From: Perna viridis
Taxonomy: Eukaryota
DNA: 64,000 nt
NCBI GenBank assembly: GCA_037379345.1
Contig: CM074524.1
Span: 16,860,750 to 16,924,749 of the forward strand
Direction of reading: 5' to 3'
How positions within the stretch are numbered: position 1 is the first letter of the stretch; each line of letters opens with the position of its first letter. The notes under the pieces are model-generated. The model searched no databases and was not told the DNA's origin. It saw only the letters and a program-made list of their open reading frames with translations. Shown piece after piece: positions 39,147 through 51,109 of this stretch. Made by a program: the position numbers and the translations under genes.

Positions 39147-40221
39147 TGTAACCGGTGGCATTTTAGGCAAAATTACGAACACCAGTCGTCTAGGATTCTA
39201 TATATGTTTTATTGAGTTGACTTAGGCAATAGTAAAAATACCCTAAAATACAATACAGAATATTCAGTCTAAAGAGAGATAACTCAGACTAGTTTTCAAG
39301 GTAAATCATGAAGGCAATATATACAATACCAACTATTACTACACATAATCATAGAAATATTACTAAAACTCATAGAAATGCTACGGTTTTAAATATGGTT
39401 CTCAAAATATGCAAATTACGCAGATTCTATGAACGAACAAGTATCAATAAATATTATTTCTAGTTACGGAGTCAATTTTCAGCATACTTATCTTACAAAA
39501 AATTAGTAAATTAAAAATGTTACAAAGCAAAAATTATAGCAAAAACATATTTGTATGCTGACATAAATTAACACACAATAAGCGATATTAGTAAAAGCAG
39601 CAAAACAAAGCAAAAATATATATTATTAACAGCACAACGACACAAAACCTACCTTGCATGGGGTACAAAAGTTATTGCCAGGTACAATGAATGGTTTCTT
39701 CAGATCATTATCAACATCAAAATGTGGAAACAGTACATAGGTATAAATCTTAGATATAAAGTAAATCAGTTCAGGAATTGAACAAAGGTAACAATAGATT
39801 CTAGATGTCAAAGATTCATTCAGGTGGACAAAGTAAATAAGGTGTCCATTATGTCTGACCAATTTTCCAGTTCTGCTTAAATAACAAAGGGACAAAGAGA
39901 TTTCCCTCCAAAATCCAAGCAAGAAAATCAGATTGCAATAGAAAGTAATGGTAATAGATAGCTATAATTAGTAAACATAGGTATATTAAAAACAATAGTC
40001 ACTGAGCCATCACTTTATTACCAAACTACAGTGTAAACAAAATCATCTTTATTAAAAAAACTCAATATCAAATCTAGTTTGATATTTAATGAATGAAATC
40101 AGTTAAACAATAAATAAGCATTACAATCAATATCATTCATGAACAAAATAACTGTTGCACTCCGAAATTCTAAATACAATATCTAATCAATTATATATAC
40201 CTAAAAATATACTCTACCACA
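39147..40221 (-). mobile_element. Gypsy-type LTR, minus orientation, preceded by a polypurine tract at 40222-40236
   Basis: Minus strand reads AGGGTGGGGGGAGTA then TGTGGTAG...CCGGTTACA, with AATAAA about 60 nt before the CA end. Confidence 0.65.
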
Positions 40222-40628
40222 TACTCCCCCCACCCTGAAAATGACGCCTCGTCATTTGCTATCAGGTGAGTTAGAGTTGGGGGTCTTTAGAATCTCTAGT
40301 ATGGCTCTTCCTGCTTCATGCTGCAATCCTCAAAATAAATCAGATTTAGAATCAGTCTTTGCATTTGTGATGAAGCAAGCTTAGACTTGACAAAGATATA
40401 AATTAGATAGACTTAGTTTAACAATACTAGCCCTTATATTTATAAGGTAAGACAATCCTTGTGTGATTAATCACAGATTTGTTTCTATTTGGTTAGATTG
40501 AACATTGTCCCTTTTTGCAGATTTTGTTTAACTTTGAGACAATTCTGAAATTTGTTGTGATAATTTGTATACAGGTATTTGACCTTTCGTTCATTTCTGC
40601 ATTTGATCATCTTCATTACACATCACCA

Positions 40629-42086
40629 TGGCAACAGGACTCAAAAAAGATATCACTAACCTCCCACCAGTTCCAGAAGAAACACCTGAAGTATTTGAGA
40701 CCTTGTAAAAGATGTTAAAGGCCATGAAGATTAATCCAAAAGCAGACAACCCACTGGAGCTAAAAAAGTGGATGAAAGATTATTTGGCATCAGAAGGAAT
40801 ACTTGAAGTTAAATCTGAGCCTTATTTACCAGAACCAATTGTTAAACCCAAGGTGAACCCGCTGACCTTACCTATTGGATTTGACATCAAGCCATCCACA
40901 CCGCCGTCTACGAGTTATTCCAGCCACCACAGTTGTCCGTATTTATGGATCTGAGAAGAAGGGTGAAGTCTCGTATGACCTTTGGAGACACCACGTACGA
41001 TGCCTGTTGAAGGACAAGATTTACAACCAAGATATGGTCCACAACAACATTAGACAGTCGTTAAGTGGAGAAGCGGGAAGAGTTGTAATGAGACTTGGTG
41101 TAAATGCTACCATTCTACAGATACTAGCCAAACTTGACAGCTTTTACGGAGATGTGGACAAGAAAGAACAACTGCTGGCTGAATTTTACAGTGCCCGCCA
41201 AAGAGATGGAGAAGATATTACAAGTTGCAGTTGTCGTTTAAAAGACATAATAGGGAAAGCACAAGAACTTGGATTGGTTGAGCCACATGAGGTTGAACGA
41301 ATGCTCCACTCGATGCTATGGACAGGACTACGTCAAAATTTGAGAGACGTAATTGGTCATAAGTACGACACCATCAAAAAATTCGACAGACTTAGAGTAG
41401 CTTTACGACATATAGAGAAAGACCACATGCCGCCAAAAGATACAGGTAAGTCGAAGCTCGACACCGCCAAGACTGCTGCAACACCATCCGAGAAATCAGA
41501 AATAGGAGAATTGAAAGATTAGTCCAACAGCTAGTGCAGAAAGTTGACCACTACCACCAAGGTCCAGACATGAGGAATTATAGAGGCAACTATAGAGTGA
41601 ATAGACGAGGAGTTTCAAAGTGGGGATCTCGCCCACCAAGACAGAACTGGCAACAGCGACAACAACCGAATACCCAAACTCAACCATCGACAACCCAAGA
41701 TAACCAACAACAATCAGCATCTGACCAACAACAGGAAACATATGACCTCAGTGTTACAGATGTGGACAATATGGCCATCTACAAATAGGATGTCCATCTG
41801 AGGAAGAATTTAAACTTGAGGAAGCCTACTACAAGGGGCGGTTTTAGGCTTAAGCAGAAGAACAGGATATGACCCCAGTATCATAAACAACTTAGTACGT
41901 ACCACACAAACAGGATTATTTGGACCACCAACAGAGACAACAGCATTGTTAGAAGGTAAAGTAGTTCCATCACTCCTTGATACTGTTTCCACAGTTTCAA
42001 ACTTATGCGAGTCGTACTACAAGAAACATCTCTCAGAGTCAGCACCGCTTAGAAAGATTGAATCGATATTGAACGTAGAGTGCGCA
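40629..42086 (+). mobile_element. Gypsy/Ty3 gag (PNMA-like capsid and CCHC knuckle) with a truncated protease, frameshifted
   Basis: YDLWRHHVRCLL...IRQSLSGEAGRVVMRLG...LLAEFYSARQRDGE; CYRCGQYGHLQIGC near 41752; protease SLLDTVSTVS near 41972. RT and integrase are absent. Confidence 0.85.
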
Positions 42087-43012
42087 GTTACCATACACCA
42101 GTTACATCTTTATCTAAAAAGCTGATATTTTCTACTAATATCCAGTCTCTGAGAAAACCATTCAAAATCGTCCACAAGGGGATATTCAGATATTTTTTGT
42201 AAATTTGTATCCTGACTCTGTAGGGTCTAAAATGTGTAACCCGTACTGATACCAACCAAATAATGTTTTGCTAAAATATTTATTATTACAGAACTTAAAA
42301 ATGCATGAGATATGCAAAAGTCCGTTTAATTGTATTTCTAGTCTAATCTTTTATTTAAAGATAAGAATTTTGATATTATAGTTGTAGAAGGCACATGTAT
42401 CAAGAAACTCTTTTTGAGAGGCTTGATAGATATTGCCTCTTTGTTTATTTCTCCCAGAGCCAAAACAAGAAGATAGTGCAAAGTTTGCACTGTCAAAGTA
42501 ATAAATTTTTTTAGCCTTTGAGCTAAGAATTATTGCTTCTTCCTCTGGGAAGAAGTTCAAACTTTTTTTATTGTGGCCATTGAAGTTGGCCTTTTTGATA
42601 GGCATTTCTGGTGATGTGTCTGATGGGCTTCTGTCTTTTCTTTTAAGACTAGCCATAATCAATAATCAATTAATAAAGATGTAATCAAACCTCCTGTTTT
42701 GAAAGAAAAAAAATTTTAATCAAAATAAATGAGATTTACGGCGGATATTTATTTTATGTTTTACCAAAAAAATAAAAACAAATTTTAAAACAAAATTAGA
42801 GCGTTTTTTTTTTCATTTATATATAAATTAAAAAATTAAAAGATATATGGGGGTGGTATGAACTTAGTCTAAAAACTACAAATTTAATAATAAATATAAC
42901 AAAGTACATAGTGCAAACAAAACTTAATTAAGAACGAACCCAAGGGGAGCGGCGACAAACACGACTGGTCAGGAACGGCGCGGATCAGCGTATGAACCTA
43001 GAATAACGCCGA

Positions 43013-43271
43013 TTTGATTGGGGGTTTTAACGAGCTTGAATACCAATATAGGCCTCTCACGGTCGAAGTTAGTAGGTTATTAGAACCAACTGGTGTTGGT
43101 GGCGGAGCCCAGCCTTCGGGATACCTGACCAAAAAACTCGGTCAGAGTATGTCCTACTAGCGGCTTGGCTACAGTGTTGACGCTCTGGCCTACTCCCAGA
43201 CCCCACGTGGGTCCGAGAGCGTTTCCCCTGTCTAACTGCTAAGGAGAACGTCAACCTGTAGAGTGGATTTT
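43013..43271 (-). mobile_element. Short retroposon (SINE-like) inserted at an H1 transcription start, with a 10-bp TSD
   Basis: ATAACGCCGA flanks it at 43003-43012 and 43272-43281; the minus-strand 3' end is CGTTAAAACCCCCAATCAAA. Confidence 0.65.
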
Positions 43272-43445
43272 ATAACGCCGACATACTCTGTTCGTTACCA
43301 AACGCTTAACGCGGACCTCTACGAAGACACCCAAAAAAAATAAATTGTAAAATCCATTACTTGATCTCGGTAAAATGATTATGTGCTTCTTCTCCGAATT
43401 TTGTGGTAAATTATAATACAATTTCTATTTGAACACCCTTGAATT
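43272..43445 (-). promoter_or_regulatory. Orphan, diverged H1 promoter with no gene attached
   Basis: Aligns to the region upstream of every H1 copy with several substitutions; the TATA segment GTTTATAAAC has become GTTACCAAAC. Confidence 0.8.
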
Positions 43446-43652
43446 GACTGACTTGGCATCTTTTCCTACGTTGAAGTTAGCCATGATGTATTTCAAGATG
43501 GCTTGTCTTGAGGAACCTCCGCGTTCTTTCAAAGCTGTAATGGCTTTGCCGACCATCTCGCTGTATTTTTGGTGAGCTGATGGCTTCTTTGGCTTGGCTG
43601 CTGCCTTCTTCTTTGGTGACTTGGCTGGGGCTGCTGCTGCTGCGTCAGACAT
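43425..43652 (-). pseudogene. H1: 3'-truncated histone H1 at the array edge
   Basis: Matches H1 up to KSVN (one P to Q change), then runs into promoter sequence and stops. It lacks the end of the globular domain, the tail and the stem-loop. Confidence 0.9.
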
Positions 43653-46453
43653 TTTTGTAGAATTTATCCGTCTTTCACGAAGTTAATCCAACGATTGACG
43701 ATTTGAAAATAACGCCGACATGCTCTGTTCGTTTATAAACGATCAACGCGGACCTCGACGAAGACACCCATAAAAATAAATTGTAAAATCCATTACTCGA
43801 TCTCGGTAAAATGATTATGTGCTTCTTCTCCGATTTTTGTGGTAAATTCTAATACAATTTCTACTAGAACACCCTTGAATTATATATGAAAATGTTCAGC
43901 AGACATTATTCTGCCTCTCTGCGTAGAAATTGTAATTTTTGATACACACAGTAAAAAGTTATAAATAGTTTTCGTAGAGCGAAGCGATTTGTCAATGCAG
44001 GTAACCCGACAGAAAAATATTCATAATTGCTAATTGCGCGTATATTTCAGAAAACAAAATCTGCAGAAAAGTAGAATAATCATTTTTCTTTTATTTCAAA
44101 GTGGTTTAACACGTCTAAACTAGATATATTCGCTGTACCGACTTATCTTTCATCGGACATGAAACACACAAAAACCAGCTGCGCCATTGAAAGACTGAAA
44201 ATTTTTCCAAAATGTTACCTTCTGAATTTATTCCTAAATTCTATTTTTTTTGCCTTGATATAATAACTAGGGTTTGAATAAAATTACATATAATGGGAAG
44301 ACGAGTTTTTAACGAATTTCTGGCATTTCAACGCGTTATTTTCCCCTTAATTTGAGTTCCTGTCCCATACATAAGCTTGTGTGGTATATTCAGATGTCAT
44401 GATATAGTAGGTTCTGATTTTTTCAATTTCAATTTTAAAACTTTCAAGCTTTGAGATAAAAAATAACTGCCGTGAATAAAATATCACTCAGGATTTCCTA
44501 CTTTTTATTCCAACCAAGCTATAATTTGAGAGGATTATTGTACCTTTTCGACAACACTCACAAATATGTCCACTAAAGAGTGACTGTCTGTATAATGCAT
44601 GGCGTACACAACTATATTTTTGTCGGCGCGGTTGCTACTTTTGCAATCTCGGAAAAAGCGAAAGAACTTAAGGATAAAAACAGAAATCAAAGCATTTTTT
44701 CCTGAAAATTATATGTATATCAAACAGGGAAATATGTAATATATATGTTTATGTATATAAACTACAGCAAGAAAAGCAATCTTTTCATAGACATATGAAC
44801 TGGCATACACAATAAAATTAGAAAGCGAGAAAAGTCCTCGTAAATACTAAAACCTCTGGCCAAATTTTCTTCATGATTTGATTCAATCGTAACGTGCGTA
44901 CATGCAGCGACAATATAGCTGTCAGTCACCGAATGAAACACGAAGGTAAATGGGTAAGAGTATAGCACAGAAGAGAATCATATGGCATTACATTATGGTG
45001 TACATGTGCTAGAACTGGAAATCGAAATCGAAAAAAAAAAACGACCTGTCACTACTTCTTCGTGTAATATGGTTTCGCTCACCAATCTCTCGATCGTGTA
45101 TGTACTTGTCATGAGTACAATTGTAAATTTGATAGTCATTATAAATTACTACGTGTAGTAACACGTCTTCAAGAAATTGTTGGGGAGGGGGGGGGGGGGC
45201 AGTGTTGTTTTATTTTGGTTTTGGTTTTTTTTTTTTTTTTTGCTTGCGCTATCTCAAGGAGGGGGTTTTGATAAAAAGGGCGACTAGAGAACTAGCTATT
45301 AATTAATGAAAACTCTTGGTTATTTTGAAGTTTTTTTTTTATAATGCAGGAAATACATGCATTTGATGTATGGTATTGTTTATTATGCAGACAGATAGGT
45401 AGACTAAGTGAACTATAGGTATATAAAATTGAGTTTGTGCCGTTGAGATTTGTGACTGAACATGGTAGGGGTGGGGTTTTGTTTTGGGGGGGGGGTGGCG
45501 GGGGTAGGGGTAGACTGGTCGGGGGGTGGGTGGGGGTGTGGTTGAGATATTTTTGAAGTTTGTGTGGGATGATATTGATGTGGATGGTTTGAGGTTATTG
45601 GAAATTAGTGTATAAAAGGATGGGCCGAGCGGAGCGAGCGCGGAAAATTTTAGGGGTTTGAATTGTTAGAAATAAGATAACTAAGATATGGCGCGACAAA
45701 TAATATGGTCCTTTTTTAATTTAAGGGAGTGTTCCTATTTGAAAAACGTTGACAGAGAAAGGTTAAGTGTATGACTTTTTGGGCAAATTAAAGGGGAATT
45801 TAAGTCTTACCGTGCAAAATAGAACTCACTTTGTTTCCTGTGTGCATGCTAGTTGTAGTCATGGTATTTACGTCACAAACGTCATTGTCGCGCGCGAGGG
45901 AAAGGACGTCAGAGGATTCACGCGCTGCTAATTATGAATTGCACGCGCATCGACTGGATACTAAATTACAATATGTTGTTTTTTTAATGATACAAGACAA
46001 AACTGGTTCTAAAGTACAAAACAAGCACGAGTAAAGATACCACAAGAGTTATATAGAGACATACACACAATACTTACATAACAAAGAAAAGTATACTGTG
46101 AATTTATTAATTTTTATCAAAATACAAAAAATGAAGTTAGAGTTACCTCCCCATCACCGTCACAAAGCACATAATTAAAAGAACGAAGATATTTATATCA
46201 CATTGTTGATCTTTTTTTTAAAAGGGGGGGGGTGTAATTAAGAGACCTGTTTTGTTTTGTTTTTGTATTATTAGAAGTTATCATACCAAATAAAAGTAGC
46301 AAAATGTGAATGTCTTAAATGAGAATGTTGTACGTGTGCATCATACATCATAGAGTTTTCTATGTATACATATTCAAAGGCATATGTTCCCGAAAAATTT
46401 TTACATGCAGGACAGTGAGAAAGAAGGCAAAATGAGAGAAATATTTGGCATGG

Positions 46454-46623
46454 CAGTGGCAGATCCAGATCCAGAGGGGGTTCAGGGGGTTGGCACACCC
46501 CCTTCCTATTGCATAATTTGTCGTTTTCATGTGTAAAATAGGCAAATAATGTATTAGCACCCCCTTTTTCTGAGGAACCCCGGCTGGCACCCACCCTTTT
46601 CAAAGTGTCTGGATCCGCCCCTG
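46454..46623. mobile_element. ~170-bp MITE in the H1 repeat unit, present in every complete unit
   Basis: Terminal inverted repeats CAGTGGCAGATCCAGA and TCTGGATCCGCCCCTG match at 14 of 16 positions. No TSD seen. Confidence 0.7.
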
Positions 46624-46699
46624 ATTCGGTATAGCTCAGTTTAAGATTTGGATATACTCGTAACAATGCAAATTAAGAATCTTTTTGAAATATTTGGGT

Positions 46700-46715
46700 A
46701 GCCCTTAAAAGGGCT
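46700..46715 (-). terminator. Histone 3' stem-loop
   Basis: Minus strand AAA-AGCCCT-TTTA-AGGGCT-ACCCA, followed by a purine-rich CAAAAAGA downstream element. Confidence 0.9.
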
Positions 46716-46759
46716 TTTGGTGCTGCTAAACAGCCAGTTCAGAGGTAGACTCTCTGCAT

Positions 46760-47360
46760 TTACTTCTTCTTGGGTGTTTTCTTGGCGGCTGGTTTCTTGG
46801 CTGCCTTCTTCTTGGCTGGAGATTTGGCGGCCTTTTTGGGGGGCTTGGCTGCCTTCTTGACTGTAGGTTTCTTTGCTGCCTTCTTTGGTTTGGCGGCTTT
46901 TTTCTCGCCTGCTGGTTTCTTGGCTGCGGCCTTCTTCTTGGGTGTTTTTGCCTTCTTGGGTTTTGCTGCCTTGGGTTTGGCTGCTTTCTTTGCTGCTGGT
47001 TTCTTCTTTGGTGCCTTCTTGACTTCTCCGAGTCTGAATGAACCACTGGCACCTGTTCCCTTAGACTGTTTCAAGGTCTTGTTCTTCACTCCAGCTCTCA
47101 ATGCCATTTTAAGGTGAGCGTTGACTGACTTGGCATCTTTTCCTACGTTGAAGTTAGCCATGATGTATTTCAAGATGGCTTGTCTTGAGGAACCTCCGCG
47201 TTCTTTCAAAGCTGTAATGGCTTTGCCGACGTTCTTTCAAAGCTGTAATGGCTTTGCCGACCATCTCGCTGTATTTTGGGTGAGCTGATGGCTTCTTTGG
47301 CTTGGCTGCTGCCTTCTTCTTTGGTGACTTGGCTGGGGCTGCTGCTGCTGCGTCAGACAT
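46760..47360 (-). pseudogene. H1: Histone H1 copy frameshifted by a 31-bp tandem duplication
   Basis: GTTCTTTCAAAGCTGTAATGGCTTTGCCGAC occurs twice (47200-47230 and 47231-47261). The span is 601 nt versus 570 nt, giving a premature stop after 68 aa. Confidence 0.88.
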
Positions 47361-50300
47361 TTTTGTAGAATTTATCCGTCTTTCACGAAGTTAATCCAAC
47401 GATTGACGATTTGAAAATAACGCCGACATGCTCTGTTCGTTTATAAACGATCAACGCGGACCTCGACGAAGACACCCATAAAAATAAATTGTAAAATCCA
47501 TTACTCGATCTCGGTAAAATGATTATGTGCTTCTTCTCCGATTTTTGTGGTAAATTCTAATACAATTTCTACTAGAACACCCTTGAATTATATATGAAAA
47601 TGTTCAGCAGACATTATTCTGCCTCTCTGCGTAGAAATTGTAATTTTTGATACACACAGTAAAAAGTTATAAATAGTTTTCGTAGAGCGAAGCGATTTGT
47701 CAATGCAGGTAACCCGACAGAAAAATATTCATAATTGCTAATTGCGCGTATATTTCAGAAAACAAAATCTGCAGAAAAGTAGAATAATCATTTTTCTTTT
47801 ATTTCAAAGTGGTTTAACACGTCTAAACTAGATATATTCGCTGTACCGACTTATCTTTCATCGGACATGAAACACACAAAAACCAGCTGCGCCATTGAAA
47901 GACTGAAAATTTTTCCAAAATGTTACCTTCTGAATTTATTCCTAAATTCTATTTTTTTTGCCTTGATATAATAACTAGGGTTTGAATAAAATTACATATA
48001 ATGGGAAGACGAGTTTTTAACGAATTTCTGGCATTTCAACGCGTTATTTTCCCCTTAATTTGAGTTCCTGTCCCATACATAAGCTTGTGTGGTATATTCA
48101 GATGTCATGATATAGTAGGTTCTGATTTTTTCAATTTCAATTTTAAAACTTTCAAGCTTTGAGATAAAAAATAACTGCCGTGAATAAAATATCACTCAGG
48201 ATTTCCTACTTTTTATTCCAACCAAGCTATAATTTGAGAGGATTATTGTACCTTTTCGACAACACTCACAAATATGTCCACTAAAGAGTGACTGTCTGTA
48301 TAATGCATGGCGTACACAACTATATTTTTGTCGGCGCGGTTGCTACTTTTGCAATCTCGGAAAAAGCGAAAGAACTTAAGGATAAAAACAGAAATCAAAG
48401 CATTTTTTCCTGAAAATTATATGTATATCAAACAGGGAAATATGTAATATATATGTTTATGTATATAAACTACAGCAAGAAAAGCAATCTTTTCATAGAC
48501 ATATGAACTGGCATACACAATAAAATTAGAAAGCGAGAAAAGTCCTCGTAAATACTAAAACCTCTGGCCAAATTTTCTTCATGATTTGATTCAATCGTAA
48601 CGTGCGTACATGCAGCGACAATATAGCTGTCAGTCACCGAATGAAACACGAAGGTAAATGGGTAAGAGTATAGCACAGAAGAGAATCATATGGCATTACA
48701 TTATGGTGTACATGTGCTAGAACTGGAAATCGAAATCGAAAAAAAAAAACGACCTGTCACTACTTCTTCGTGTAATATGGTTTCGCTCACCAATCTCTCG
48801 ATCGTGTATGTACTTGTCATGAGTACAATTATAAATTTGATAGTCATTATAAATTACTACGTGTAGTAACACGTCTTCAAGAAATTGTTGGGGAGGGGGG
48901 GGGCAGTGTTGTTTTATTTTGGTTTTGGTTTTTTTTTTTTTTTTTGCTTGCGCTATCTCAAGGAGGGGGTTTTGATAAAAAGGGCGACTAGAGAACTAGC
49001 TATTAATTAATGAAAACTCTTGGTTATTTTGAAGTTTTTTTTTTTATAATGCAGGAAATACATGCATTTGATGTATGGTATTGTTTATTATGCAGACAGA
49101 TAGGTAGACTAAGTGAACTATAGGTATATAAAATTGAGTTTGTGCCGTTGAGATTTGTGACTGAACATGGTAGGGGTGGGGTTTTGTTTTGGGGGGGGGG
49201 GTGGCGGGGGTAGGGGTAGACTGGTCGGGGGGTGGGTGGGGGTGTGGTTGAGATATTTTTGAAGTTTGTGTGGGATGATATTGATGTGGATGGTTTGAGG
49301 TTATTGGAAATTAGTGTATAAAAGGATGGGCCGAGCGGAGCGAGCGCGGAAAATTTTAGGGGTTTGAATTGTTAGAAATAAGATAACTAAGATATGGCGC
49401 GACAAATAATATGGTCCTTTTTTAATTTAAGGGAGTGTTCCTATTTGAAAAACGTTGACAGAGAAAGGTTAAGTGTATGACTTTTTGGGCAAATTAAAGG
49501 GGAATTTAAGTCTTACCGTGCAAAATAGAACTCACTTTGTTTCCTGTGTGCATGCTAGTTGTAGTCATGGTATTTACGTCACAAACGTCATTGTCGCGCG
49601 CGAGGGAAAGGACGTCAGAGGATTCACGCGCTGCTAATTATGAATTGCACGCGCATCGACTGGATACTAAATTACAATATGTTGTTTTTTTAATGATACA
49701 AGACAAAACTGGTTCTAAAGTACAAAACAAGCACGAGTAAAGATACCACAAGAGTTATATAGAGACATACACACAATACTTACATAACAAAGAAAAGTAT
49801 ACTGTGAATTTATTAATTTTTATCAAAATACAAAAAATGAAGTTAGAGTTACCTCCCCATCACCGTCACAAAGCACATAATTAAAAGAACGAAGATATTT
49901 ATATCACATTGTTGATCTTTTTTTTAAAAGGGGGGGGGGTGTAATTAAGAGACCTGTTTTGTTTTGTTTTTGTATTATTAGAAGTTATCATACCAAATAA
50001 AAGTAGCAAAATGTGAATGTCTTAAATGAGAATGTTGTACGTGTGCATCATACATCATAGAGTTTTCTATGTATACATATTCAAAGGCATATGTTCCCGA
50101 AAAATTTTTACATGCAGGACAGTGAGAAAGAAGGCAAAATGAGAGAAATATTTGGCATGGCAGTGGCAGATCCAGAGGGGGTTCAGGGGGTTGGCACACC
50201 CCCTTCCTATTGCATAATTTGTCGTTTTCATGTGTAAAATAGGCAAATAATGTATTAGCACCCCCTTTTTCTGAGGAACCCCGGCTGGCACCCACCCTTT

Positions 50301-50400
50301 TCAAAGTGTCTGGATCCGCCCCTGATTCGGTATAGCTCAGTTTAAGATTTGGATATACTCGTAACAATGCAAATTAAGAATCTTTTTGAAATATTTGGGT

Positions 50401-50416
50401 AGCCCTTAAAAGGGCT
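50401..50416 (-). terminator. Histone 3' stem-loop
   Basis: Same 6-bp stem and 4-nt loop, 44 nt after the stop codon. Confidence 0.9.
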
Positions 50417-50460
50417 TTTGGTGCTGCTAAACAGCCAGTTCAGAGGTAGACTCTCTGCAT

Positions 50461-51030
50461 TTACTTCTTCTTGGGTGTTTTCTTGGCGGCTGGTTTCTTG
50501 GCTGCCTTCTTCTTGGCTGGAGATTTGGCGGCCTTTTTGGGGGGCTTGGCTGCCTTCTTGACTGTAGGTTTCTTTGCTGCCTTCTTTGGTTTGGCGGCTT
50601 TTTTCTCGCCTGCTGGTTTCTTGGCTGCGGCCTTCTTCTTGGGTGTTTTTGCCTTCTTGGGTTTTGCTGCCTTGGGTTTGGCTGCTTTCTTTGCTGCTGG
50701 TTTCTTCTTTGGTGCCTTCTTGACTTCTCCGAGTCTGAATGAACCACTGGCACCTGTTCCCTTAGACTGTTTCAAGGTCTTGTTCTTCACTCCAGCTCTC
50801 AATGCCATTTTAAGGTGAGCGTTGACTGACTTGGCATCTTTTCCTACGTTGAAGTTAGCCATGATGTATTTCAAGATGGCTTGTCTTGAGGAACCTCCGC
50901 GTTCTTTCAAAGCTGTAATGGCTTTGCCGACCATCTCGCTGTATTTTGGGTGAGCTGATGGCTTCTTTGGCTTGGCTGCTGCCTTCTTCTTTGGTGACTT
51001 GGCTGGGGCTGCTGCTGCTGCGTCAGACAT
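50461..51030 (-). CDS. H1: Linker histone H1, 189 aa, intronless (H1-delta/H1.0-like)
   Basis: Globular domain HPKYSEMV...[15 protein letters not shown]...KGTGASGSFRL and a K/A/P-rich tail; downstream histone stem-loop. Confidence 0.97.
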   Translation of the reverse strand: MSDAAAAAPAKSPKKKAAAKPKKPSAHPKYSEMVGKAITALKERGGSSRQAILKYIMANFNVGKDAKSVNAHLKMALRAGVKNKTLKQSKGTGASGSFRLGEVKKAPKKKPAAKKAAKPKAAKPKKAKTPKKKAAAKKPAGEKKAAKPKKAAKKPTVKKAAKPPKKAAKSPAKKKAAKKPAAKKTPKKK

Positions 51031-51109
51031 TTTTGTAGAATTTATCCGTCTTTCACGAAGTTAATCCAACGATTGACGATTTGAAAATAACGCCGACATG
51101 CTCTGTTCG

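Noticed and set aside
46626-46665. GGTATAGCTCAGTT, resembling a tRNA 5' end or A box
   Set aside because: No B box or cloverleaf follows.
44762-46666. Repeated spacer ORFs of 67, 68, 76 and 131 aa
   Set aside because: They recur only because the unit is duplicated, show no recognisable domain, and two of them cross the MITE.
50427-50818. 108-aa Arg/Gln/Pro-rich ORF (protamine-like look) and 115-aa hydrophobic antisense ORF over each H1
   Set aside because: They are shifted-frame and antisense shadows of the Lys/Ala/Pro codons of H1, with no independent promoter evidence.
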